Positions 12,501 to 24,500 of a stretch of DNA of 64,000 nucleotides are shown in pieces. The stretch's first letter is position 1. Each line of letters starts with the position of its first letter. A program made the translations under genes and the position numbers. Source of the stretch: Mustelus asterias (lineage: Eukaryota); contig NC_135822.1 in the NCBI RefSeq assembly GCF_964213995.1, positions 51,770,001 through 51,834,000 on the forward strand. Direction: 5' to 3'. The notes under the pieces are model-generated. The model searched no databases and was not told the DNA's origin. It was given only the letters and a program-made list of their open reading frames with translations.

Positions 12501-15500
12501 TAATGTTTTGGATGACATTGTTGACGGGGAAGTGAGATGGAACGATTATATGCACTTGACCAGGACAATGCCAATGTAAAGTTATTTTTCATTGTTGGAG
12601 AAGGCAAAGCAGGAAGAGGCTGGGGAAGAGCGTGCAAGGTGTTCACATATGCAAATTGATACACTTCATTGAACAAAATTTGTTTCAATTCAGTACTATG
12701 GTGCTTGCCGCATTATCGCTATAAACTGTTTGCCTGTNNNNNNNNNNNNNNNNNNNNNNNNNNNNNNNNNNNNNNNNNNNNNNNNNNNNNNNNNNNNNNN
12801 NNNNNNNNNNNNNNNNNNNNNNNNNNNNNNNNNNNNNNNNNNNNNNNNNNNNNNNNNNNNNNNNNNNNNNNNNNNNNNNNNNNNNNNNNNNNNNNNNNNN
12901 NNNNNNNNNNNNNNNNNNNNNNNNNNNNNNNNNNNNNNNNNNNNNNNNNNNNNNNNNNNNNNNNNNNNNNNNNNNNNNNNNNNNNNNNNNNNNNNNNNNN
13001 NNNNNNNNNNNNNNNNNNNNNNNNNNNNNNNNNNNNNNNNNNNNNNNNNNNNNNNNNNNNNNNNNNGCTGGAAAGAGTGCAGAGGAGATTTACCAGGATG
13101 CTGCCTGGTTTGGAGTGTCGGTCTTATGAGGAAAGGTTGAGGGAGCTGGGGCTGTTCTCTCTGGAGCGGAGGAGATTGAGGGGAGACTTAATAGAGGTTT
13201 ATAAAATGATGAAGGGGATAGATCGAGTGAACGTTCAAAGACTATTTCCTCGGGTGGATGGAGCTATTACGAGGGGGCATAACTATAGGGTTCATGGTGG
13301 GAGATATAGGAAGGATATCAGAGGTAGGTTCTTCACGCAGAGAGTGGTTGAGTTGTGGAATGGACTGCCTGCAGTGATAGTGGAGTCAGACACTTTAGGA
13401 ACATTTAAGCGGTTATTGGATAGGCACATGGAGCACACCAGGATGGTAGGGAGTGGGATAGCTTGATCTTGGTTTCAGATGAAGGTCGGCACAACATCGT
13501 GGGCCGAAGGGCCTGTTCTGTGCTGTAATGTTCTATGTTCTATGTTCTATGTTCTATCTGCTGTCTATCTATCTGTCTGTCTATCTATCTATCGGTCCAT
13601 CTGAGTGCCTCTCTATCTATGTATCAATCTCNNNNNNNNNNNNNNNNNNNNNNNNNNNNNNNNNNNNNNNNNNNNNNNNNNNNNNNNNNNNNNNNNNNNN
13701 NNNNNNNNNNNNNNNNNNNNNNNNNNNNNNNNNNNNNNNNNNNNNNNNNNNNNNNNNNNNNNNNNNNNNNNNNNNNNNNNNNNNNNNNNNNNNNNNNNNN
13801 NNNNNNNNNNNNNNNNNNNNNNNNNNNNNNNNNNNNNNNNNNNNNNNNNNNNNNNNNNNNNNNNNNNNNNNNNNNNNNNNNNNNNNNNNNNNNNNNNNNN
13901 NNNNNNNNNNNNNNNNNNNNNNNNNNNNNNNNNCTGTCTGGCTATCTGGCTATTTGTCTACCTATCAATATATCTCCGGTCCATCTATCCATTTATCTAT
14001 CTCTCGCCCTCTCACTGCCTCTACGATCCCCCCCCCCCCCACCCCCCACCCCCACCAGTCATCGGAATACACAGATATTATTCCAATATGTGGATTTAAC
14101 ATTTATGAGATGGAGGTGGCCACTGGGCCATCGAGCCTGCTCTGCTTGCTTACGCTTCTTTACCCTTAGAGGAAGAAAGTTCAATGATTCACGACACTCA
14201 GTCAGAGAAAAACAAAACTCCTCAAATCTACATAAATAAGTGTACCATTAATTTTTCAAAATCCTCACATTTCTAGATTCGCCCATATGTGCAAATATCC
14301 TCTCCATGACGATATTATATGAAAGCATTGATGAGCCTTCGAGCAGCAAATGCATTGAGTTATTCGTGAAGGTTACTGTCATCTGTCTGCACAGATTCAG
14401 TCAGACCCTCTGATCATTTCGAGCAAATCTCTGATTTTACTCATATGCATTAGCGAGTATGGAGAGAACTGGTGAAATGCGCATGATCAAAACGTGCAGA
14501 GACAAGGGAAAGAACAAAACGGCATAGAAAGACAGTTCAATTGGAATGTTTATTAAGAACAATTGTAGCTGATGGTGAAATTGTGCACAAAGCATAAAGC
14601 CCCAAATATTAAACTGCAAGTCAAAATATCGCTGAAGTCAGGTGCAGGAATATTATAATTATCTGTACTCTCTACAGTCTTCATTTTGGTCATGTCTAGT
14701 AAGATGTTCTAACTCATTGATCAATTTAACTGTTAGTGTTGGGGAGAAAGGATTTTCGTTCTGCGCACATTATGCAATATTTGAAATTGAGTGATGAGAT
14801 ATGTATTAGGACTACAGTGTTTTTTCGCTATTTTCTTTGCTGTCAGAACACAAGCAGTTAAGACTTTCGGACGGTGGAAGTTCTTGCGCTGGTCGAGTTG
14901 AGATTTATTACAATGACAAATGGGGCTCCATCTGTGATGATTCCTGGGATGCAGCGGATGCTCAAGTGGTTTGTAAACAGTTGGGTTGTGGTGATGCATT
15001 GCAACTGCCACTTCCTGCTTCATGTGGACCAGGTATCGGGGCAATTTGGTTGGATGAGTTGGATTGCATCGGGAACGAATCTTTTCTCTGGAATTGTCCC
15101 TCAGCTTCATGGGGAAAACATGACTGCTCTCATAAAGAAGATGTCAAGGTCATGTGTTCAGGTAATGGCGATCTCAATCTGTTAATTATCCTAAAAAACT
15201 GAGCAAAGTTACAGCAAAAAATATATTTCACTGAATTATTGAGAGAGAGCAGAAATAGAACAGAAACTGCCAATTCGGCCCTCCTCGTTTGCATGCCAAG
15301 ATACCATTTAATTGGCCCCCTATCTATATTTCTTTGGTTCTTTATTTTCACCCCTACGTACTTTGTTCTTAGATGATTATGCCACATTGAAGAGAGACAT
15401 AGACTCTGGAAATTTACGTGATGCATGATTCTGTATAAGTGGATGCTTTTTTTCTGATCGCACATTTAACCTGTCATTTACCAAGGAGTATGAAAACTCT

Positions 15501-18500
15501 TTAATCTTTATTCTGCAATTCCCGATCTGAGACTGATCAGGACAAAATTAATTTGTCATCTACAAACCCATTTTTAAAATGTTTGTTTCCTTGTATTTTT
15601 GTGCAGCCTGCATTAGCATTTAATATGCATATCAATTTTCTGTCTGTGATACAGCTTGACATTTTACTTCCGATTGAAGGTCCATCTGGCTCACATTAAT
15701 GCCAAATAGCAGTGAGGACAGGACCAATCCATGTGAACACTTCATCCCAAATTCTGTAATTCGAAATAACTATTTGTGTTGCAGCCAATAGTCAATCAGT
15801 TGTTCTCGCGATCCCCATATTTTGCATTCACTGAACTGAGTCAAAATATGGAACTTTGTTGAATACCATTAGTTAATTCACGCACATCATTTTTACTTCA
15901 TTTCCCTGGCTGACCCTCCGGTAACATTATCAAATCATCCAAGGAGGAAGATCATACAATTGTTTGTTTAGTAATCCCTTGTCGAATGTTCTTGATGATA
16001 TAATTAGCTTGCAGCTCTCTTCCTGCTAACTTTCTGAAATAATCTCGGCAAACCTTCTACACAAATGATGAAAAACTGAATTTGTAATCGACAGAGCACA
16101 AAGAGTTACGCTTGGTGAATGGCAATCATCGCTGCGAGGGGAGAGTGGAAGTGTTTTACAATGGTGCCTGGGGAACAGTTTGCTCAGAGAACCTGGATCG
16201 CCATGATGCAGAAGTGATCTGTAAACAGTTACAGTGCGGCGTCCAAGTTTCCATTGACGATCGCGCTCACCAATTCGGAGAAGGATCCGATCCGATTTGG
16301 CTCGATGAGATTGAATGTGGTTCACACGAATCGACAATTTGGCAATGTCTGTCAGACCCGTGGGGCCAACACAACTGTCATCATTGGGAAGACGCAGGTG
16401 TTGTCTGTTCAAGTAAGACAGTATGTTTTTCAGTGTTAAGGTGTCATCACAAACATTGATATCTATTTGAATCAGCATGATTCTCTTCTTAACAGAACCC
16501 AAAGCAACAGAGGTCGAACGCTACAGTTCAAGGCAGTGCAGTGGTCAAGCAGGTGTTTACTGCTCTTTATTATTTTTACATTGTTGAATTGTGCTCCTGA
16601 GTTTTAATATGGATACATTAACGATTGATCTCGTTGACAGATTCTGGGCTAAGTTTGCATCTGGTTGGAGGTAACACTAAGTGTTCCGGCAGAGTGGAGG
16701 TACTGTGCAATAATACCTGGGGCATGGTATGTGATGACTCCTGGGATATCGCCGATGCCAATGTTGTATGCAGACAGCTGAATTGTGGCCCGGCACTTCT
16801 TGCCTCAGGTGGGGCCATGTTTGGCATGAGTAACACTGCTGTCTGGCTTGATGAGGTGAAGTGCACCGGAAGTGAATCCATTCTGTCTGACTGTACTTCC
16901 GCATCTTCAACTCAACCTGATTGTAATCATAAAGAAGCTGCCAATGTGATTTGCTCCGGTAAGTTTACTGCTTAATAAATGATTTTCGTCGCTGTGCGTG
17001 GAAGAGTGCGAGGTCATTTTAAAGCTGGATATAACTCTTCGTAAATTTAGAATATAGTTTCTATTTCAAGGAAATTCATAACATTTGATGTATTTTTTTG
17101 TGTTATCTATTCCATTGGGCCAGAATTGCCGCAGACACCTTCGTCCACACCTGCAGGTACTTAGAATCAAAACATACTATTCGTATTAACGTCAGTGTTC
17201 TTGCTTCTGACGTCTGTCTCCTTGACACTTTCTCGCTGTTGATAATTTCTGAAGATTACATGTGTGGTTTCAGAACTATGGAAACATTAAAAAATATAAG
17301 TGGGAGTCGCAGTGTTAAATCATCCTCGAACTTTTCATTCAGGACAGGAAGCGAAAACCACAAACGTCCCAGTCGTAATCTGCATAACCCTGGGGATCAT
17401 GTTAATCTGTGCATTGATCGCACTACTGTTGGTCCTGCGAAAGAACTCAAAAAGAAAAGGTGAGGCGGAAATCTTTCCCCCGAATTAGCATTGGAGCTCT
17501 GATATTGAGTCATTGCCAAGCCAGTCGTCAGCTGATTGGCCAATTCAAGAGAATGTCACTTCTCCTTTTTCGAAAACAATTTTAAGAATCTGAATAAGGT
17601 TTTCCTCGTTGGTTTTAATCAACTTAATCGTCCAGTCTTATTATATGACAATTAAAATGTAGAGTTTATTAAATATCCAAATCCAATGTTACAGTTAGTC
17701 TGCTCTGGTGAGACACCAGATGGATTTCCTTCTTTTCTGAGGCAGGACGTTCCATTAAACCGTTCGGCTCCTGTGTTCAGTTAATTTTTCGGCAATTAAT
17801 CTTCCTTTATCCAATGAGTATCCATTCCACTGGTGCAGGTTTTCGGCACTGATTTCAACCTCAAACTTCCTGATCGGGTTCCATCCACCATTCTGAGAAG
17901 TAACACTTTTATAGGATTTCCTGCATTTGTCAGTGATTATTCCACCTCATAAGATAACGATTACTGTCACATTCCAACAAACAACGACCTCCTCTTCCAT
18001 GTACAGAACAAAACTGTTCCCATTCTGATGTGTCACCAACCATCAATAACACACTGTTATTGCAACCTGACACTGCCAGCGGAGATCAAAGTGTCTGCCA
18101 GAATTGTCACGTCCGTCACCAATACATTTACTAACATTGAATTAAATCCAACTTTTTTCTTATGTGAGTTCTGCTTTGCTTTACATAAATATATGCATCT
18201 ATTCAGATATTCCCTCTCTCTCGTACAATGATACAAACAGCAATATGTATAATCACACTCTCATACAAACACATACATATACACACCGACATATTCACTG
18301 CCTCACTTGCACGCAGACACATAGACTTTTCTTTCTCTCTTGCTCGCTCTTGCACAGAAACAGCAAAAATACTACTTTTCCTCATGCGCACACATGAACA
18401 CACTAACTTCACACGCTCAGAGACGCTTCCTTTCACTATCTTTCTCTATCTCTTGCTCGCTCTCGCACAAGCACAAACACACCAATATGAACGCACTTCA

Positions 18501-21500
18501 TCTGTCTCTCAAACAAATATAACATTGCACTGAAACAATATTTCACTTGCACGAAGGCATAAGTTCTGTCTCTCTCTCACTCACTCTCGCACTCTCTCTT
18601 ATCTTCCAGTCTGCCTCTTTGTGTCTCTCCTCTCTCTCTCTTTCTCGAACTTAAGCAGCAACATACACACTCGCACTCACACTCATACACACGCAAACAG
18701 TAACGTAATAACTCTCTCGCACATGCACCATCTCAATCAGTCTAATTTGCTTTCGCTTCGGAACACTAACACCAAAATACACATACCCTCTCGCTCACAC
18801 ATGCTGACTCACTTGGAACATTAGTTCCATGTTTCACGTTTTTCAGTCTCTATGTGGCTTTGATCCACTTTCTCTCTCTCTCTCTCCATTTCTCAATCTC
18901 TCTCCCTCCTCCTCTTTTCTCCATCTCACAGACACACAGGAACACATATGCAGCTATGGACCTGCGCAATCAAGCTGAATGTCTTCGTCCATTGGTTACC
19001 ATTTCATTTGTGATTTCATTCACAAATACAAAAGGTGGCACAATGCAGCAAATGAATGCTCCACCTTCTCTCCAACAGGAGCTTCCAGTGGGCATTGGGG
19101 TTCACCGATCGGCTTGTACCAGACAATTTATGAGGAGATTGACAATATTTCGCGTAGAGAAGATTCAATCTATACTCATCGTTCAGGTTTGTATTTTCAG
19201 TTTGATATGCACCATGCATTGGACAAGCAGCACTTTCGTCTTAACCCAGTTAAATTTCCCCATATGCAGTAGTGATATCTCAGTGTCCGGGTGCAGACTA
19301 AGAAGAATAATGGAAGTTCTGAAAACTGCTACTGTTCATTTTTGCTCAAAGGGAGTTTTATGACACAGTTATTTGTAAGTAGCGACATGCTGTTTGTTAG
19401 TATTTCCCGTTCCACAGCCAAATGACTCCCTGAGGTTTCTGAGCCAGTGAACAATGCATAGTGCACACATTCAATGTCATACACTTGCAAAATTGGCTCA
19501 GAATTTCCAAAGGCATTTCAACAGACCTACTTTGAATATATTGTTTGCGAATATAATAGTGGAAGACAGATTTAATCGAATTGTTAAACACAGTGATTTG
19601 GTATGACAAAAGTAAATAAAAACATTGGTGCAGAATAATGACGCCATCATAAGCAAACAAAATGAAAAGTGATTGTTACCAGATGGATGGGATTTAGAAT
19701 TAAAGCGGTTACGCAGAACTTCCAACCCAATATTAGTTAGGTTACACGTAGAATATTATCAAAACCGATGTAAAATCACAAGAGTGCAATGATACAACCC
19801 AGTTTGACATCAGGAGGGCTGAAGGGTGGAAAACAGATATGATTTGATATTGATTTTCCGACTCGGACGCAGTTTAGCTGACAGACCGTCGAGTATTGCG
19901 CCTCGGGTCACTAGTGACGATTCAAAACCTCAGAAAGTACAAGAGATGGTGCGTCCTGAAGCCTGGGAAGTATTCTGCACAAATCAAGTCAATCAAAGGA
20001 TTTTGGCGTAAGCGGTTATATCTGAAGTTATATTATCTTTTCTGATATATGATAAACTGCCGTTCCTAATGGGATGTACTTTAACCCAGCCAGTTCCAGA
20101 TCAGCAGCGAAATGTATTGTTTACCTTTATTTGTCCTGATGCAGTGGTGCTGAGTCTTCCGCTTTTCAAAATGAATTCGCACGGTGACTGTTTTCCAAAA
20201 ATGGTGTCAGGAAGCAAATCTGCCCTCCGGGAGATTATCACATGAATTTATTATGATTTCTACTCAAACATATACAATGTTTCTGTGCTGTGTTCCAATA
20301 TAGTGTTTCTGGACCGTCAATCTCACCAATGGTCATTCGTTTTATTTTGTTTTTAACAGTTCCTGCTTCCATTGATTCCCTGAATCAGGTGGTGTATTAC
20401 ACCAGGAACCGTTTGAGTGACACGGATCCTGCTTCAGAAAATCCTCAAGGGGACCCCTGCAGTGCTCACGGTGAGTGGATTCTCACTTTCTCGGTGTTGA
20501 GCTTCCAATCCCAATTTGAAATTTAAAAAAATGAAATATCAAAAAGTGCAATGATCCAGATAACGGAGAATATTTTATAACGAACGATCGCTGAATGAAT
20601 TTCATACAGATCGTCCCCAGTTGTAAACAGGTATGTCACATGCAAGTTGTGGTGTGTCGTTCCATGAATTGGGAAGTGAAATGTGCGTGCAATTAAAAAT
20701 AAATTGGACCTCATCATCACTGGGCTTGACCAAATGTTATTGTCCATCAGCAATTGTCCATGCTTGGCCCTTTTAGAGGGCATTCAAGAGTAGATCTCAT
20801 TGTTGTGCATCTGGAGTAACATGTATGGCAGTCAAATAAAGGTGGCAAATTTCTGTCGTTCAAGGGACAGCAATGAAGCACGTTATTTTATGGCTGAAAA
20901 TCACAGAATATCCTCATTCTACTTTTAATTCCAGTAAATTAGTGCAGTCAAATTTCAGTATTTGCCATGTAGTGCTTCGAAACCCATCGATGCCCAATGT
21001 GAAGTAATGCATTTTGGAAGATCTAATACAGATAGGAAATACACAGTAAATGGCAGAACCCTTAAGAGTATTGATAGGCAAAGAGATCTGGGTGTACAGG
21101 TACACAGGCCACTTAAACTGGCAATGCAGGTGGAGAAGGTAGTCAAGAAGGCATATGGCATGCTTGCCTTCATCGGCCGGGGTGTTGAGATAAAAAATTG
21201 GCAAGTCAGGTCACAGCTTTATAGAACCTGAGTTAGGCCGCACTTGGAATATAGTGCTCAATTCTGGTCGCCACACTACCAGAGGGATGTGGTGGCTTTG
21301 GAGAGGGTACAGAAAAGATTTACCAGGATGTTGCCTGGCATGGAGGGCATTAGCTATGAGGAGAGGTTGGACAAACTTGGTTTGTTCTTATTGGAGCGAC
21401 GGAGGTTGAGGGGAGACCTGATAGAAGTCTATAAAATTATGAGAGGTATGGACACAGTGGATAGTCAGAAGCTTTTTCCCAGGGTGGAAGAGTCAAGTAC

Positions 21501-24500
21501 AAGGGCACATAGGTTTAAGGCGCGAGGGGCAAGGTTTAAAAGAGATGTACGAGGCAGATGTTTTACACAGAGAGTGGTGGGCGCCTGGAACTCGTTGCCG
21601 GGGGAGGTAGTGGAAGCGGATACGGTAGTGACATTTAAGGGGCGTCTTGAGAAGTAGATGAATGAGATGGGAATAGAGCCATATGGTCCCCGGAATGGTA
21701 GGGGGTTTTAGTTAAGTCGGGCAGCATGGTCGTTGCAGGCTTGGAGGGCCGAAGGGCCTTTTCCTGTACTGTAATCTTCTTTGTTCTTTGTTCTTTGACC
21801 TTGGGGCTCGACATAATGATTGAGTGATAATATCAATCTGCTAACGTCGCTCGACATTTGCTCTGCCAACTTCAGTTGTTCGCACTGTTGTCTCACAGTG
21901 TCAGGGAACCAGGTTCAATTGTGGCTCGGATGCTTGTCTGTGTAGAGTTTACACGTTCTCCCCGTGTTTGCGTGGTTTTCTACCAGGTGCTCCGGTTTCC
22001 TTCTGCAGTCCAAAGATGTGCAGTGCAGTTGGATTGGCCATCCTCTATTTTTTCTTAGTGTCCAAAATTGTGGAGATTAGGTGGATTAGCCATAGTCAAT
22101 ATGTCAGGTTCCGGGGAGAGGGAGGGTAAGATGCTCTTTCAGAGAGTTGGCGCAGATTCGATGGGCCGAATGCCTTCCTTATGCTCTATTGAAATTCTCT
22201 GATTTCACGACTCATTGGGATCCAGTAAGGATAAAACATGAAATAAAAATACCAAGGCGAATTGCACAACGATTTTCCGTCCTCTAAACTTGAAAGTGAA
22301 GATCACAATCGATCAACATTCTCTCTCTGCATTTGCAGAGTGGACTAATATTTTGCCCGTCCATTCTAATTATTAATAATGGAACTCGCTCCAGTGAAGA
22401 TCATTATTTCCTCCTATGTCCATTTCCAGGTCTGGATGATGATGTTGAGACAGGATCCATTGACTCCCAGCGCAGACACATGCTTCTCGATTGCACTGCT
22501 GATGATCATTCAATGCTGACGATTGGTGGTGCCAATGTTTCCACTCTCGGTGAGATAAACCATTGATTATTTCTGCAGCCAAGTGCTCACAGTGGAATAT
22601 ACTGACGCGATGTTGAAATTAATTACATATGGTCACAGCACAGAATGCCATTAAATGTCAGATCCTGCTTTAATTATACAAAATTATATTCCACAACCAA
22701 TTAGTGGATCCAGAAAGTAGGTGATCCCCTGTTCAGAGTGAGGTATCTCCTTGTTAAGACCGCGAACAGGAAATTCTTCCAGTGCTCATTTTGAGCCTCC
22801 TGACCCTGGTGATCCAATCTCCCGTCATCCAGTTGGACAACACATCATGGTCCTGGATGCTCCTTCATTCTGACAGCAACAAAAATCCACCCCTTATATT
22901 ACTGCCATGGGTATCATGTCTGAGCACCATTTAACACACAGTCTGCTCTTTAGAAATCCAGTAGCTCATTTATCTCTCCCCCCTCCCAGCCCCCCCTCCC
23001 CCCCCCACCCCCTTCACCCAGTATGAAACAATCAGGCTTGCTTGCATTCCTCTTTACCGGTTTTAATTTCCAGCTGCCAATTAACAATTACCCCGTGCAG
23101 GTTGTAATTATATACGATGCCTGTTTGGATCAGATTGAAACTTGTTGAACATAGAACATAGAACAGTACAGCACAGAACAGGCCCTCCGGCCCACGATGT
23201 TGTGCCGAGCTTCGTCTGAAACCCAGATCAAGCTATTTCCTCCCTATCATCCCGAAGTACTCCATGTGCCCATCCAATAGCTTCTTAAATGTTCCTAAAG
23301 TTTCTGACACCACTATCACTGCAGGCAATCCATTCCAAACCCCAACCACTCTCTGAGTAAAAAACCTACCTCGGACATCCTTCCTATATCTCCCACCATG
23401 AACCCTATAGTTATGCCCCCGAATTACCACTCCATTCACCCGAGGAAATAGTCTTTGAACGTTCACTCTAGCTATCCCCCTCATCATCTTATAAACCTCT
23501 ATCAAGTCTCCTCTTAACCTCCTCCGCTCCAAAGAGAAAAGCCCAAGTTCCCTCAACCTTTCCTCATAAGACCGACACTCCAAACCAGGCAGCATCCTGG
23601 TAAATCTCCGTAGCACTCTTTCCAGTGTCTCCACATCCTTCTTGTAGTGAGGTGACCAGAACTGCACACAATATTCCAAATGTCGTCTCACCAAGGTCCT
23701 GTACAGTTGCAGCATAACCCCACGGCTCTTAAACTTAAACCCCCTGTTAATGAAGGCCAACACACTATAGGCCTTCTTCACGGCTCTATCCACTTGAGTG
23801 GCAACCTTCAGAGATCTATGGATGTGAACCCCAAGATCTCTCTTCCTCCACATTCTTCAGAACCCTACCTTTGACCCTGTAATCCACATTTAAATTTGTC
23901 CTACCAAAATGAATCACCTCCCATTTGTCAGGGTTAAACTCCATTTGCCATTTTTCAGCCCAGCTCTGCATCCTATCTATATCTCTTTGCAGCCTACAAC
24001 AGCCCTCCACCTCATTCACTACTCCACCAATCTTGGTGTCATCAGCAAATTTACTGATCCACCCTTCAGCCCCCTCCTCCTAGTCATTTATACAAATTAC
24101 AAACAGCAGAGGACCAAGCACTGATCCCTGTGGCACTCCGCTGGTAACCGGTTTCCAGTCCGAAAATTTTCCATCCAACACCACCTTCTGTCTTCAGTTA
24201 GATAACCAGTTACCTATCCAATCGGCGAAACTTCCCCCTATCCCACACATCCTTACTTTCTTCATAAGCCGACCGTGGGGGACTTTATCAAACGCCTTAC
24301 TAAAATCCATGTATATGACATCAACTGCACGAGCTTCATCAACACACTTAGTTACCTCCTCAAAAAATGCAATCAAATTTGTGAGGCAAGACTTGCCCTT
24401 CACAAATCCGTGCTGACTAACCCGGATTGAGCTGCATCTTTCTAAATGGTCGTAAATCCTATCCCTAAGGACCTTTTCCATCAACTTACTGACCACCGAA

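Noticed and set aside
12738-13933. Hidden SRCR exons in the two gaps (sizes near 315 nt)
   Set aside because: Flanks point to CR1 sequence (gap 1) and microsatellite (gap 2); cannot be fully excluded but nothing supports it
12669-14239. Long ORFs at 12669-13466 and 13528-14239
   Set aside because: Artefacts of N runs joined to CR1 or microsatellite sequence
22705-22873. Alternative terminal exon (VDPESR* from 22705, or [14 protein letters not shown]...APSF* from 22780)
   Set aside because: Acceptors lack a good pyrimidine tract; kept only as a fallback needing RNA data
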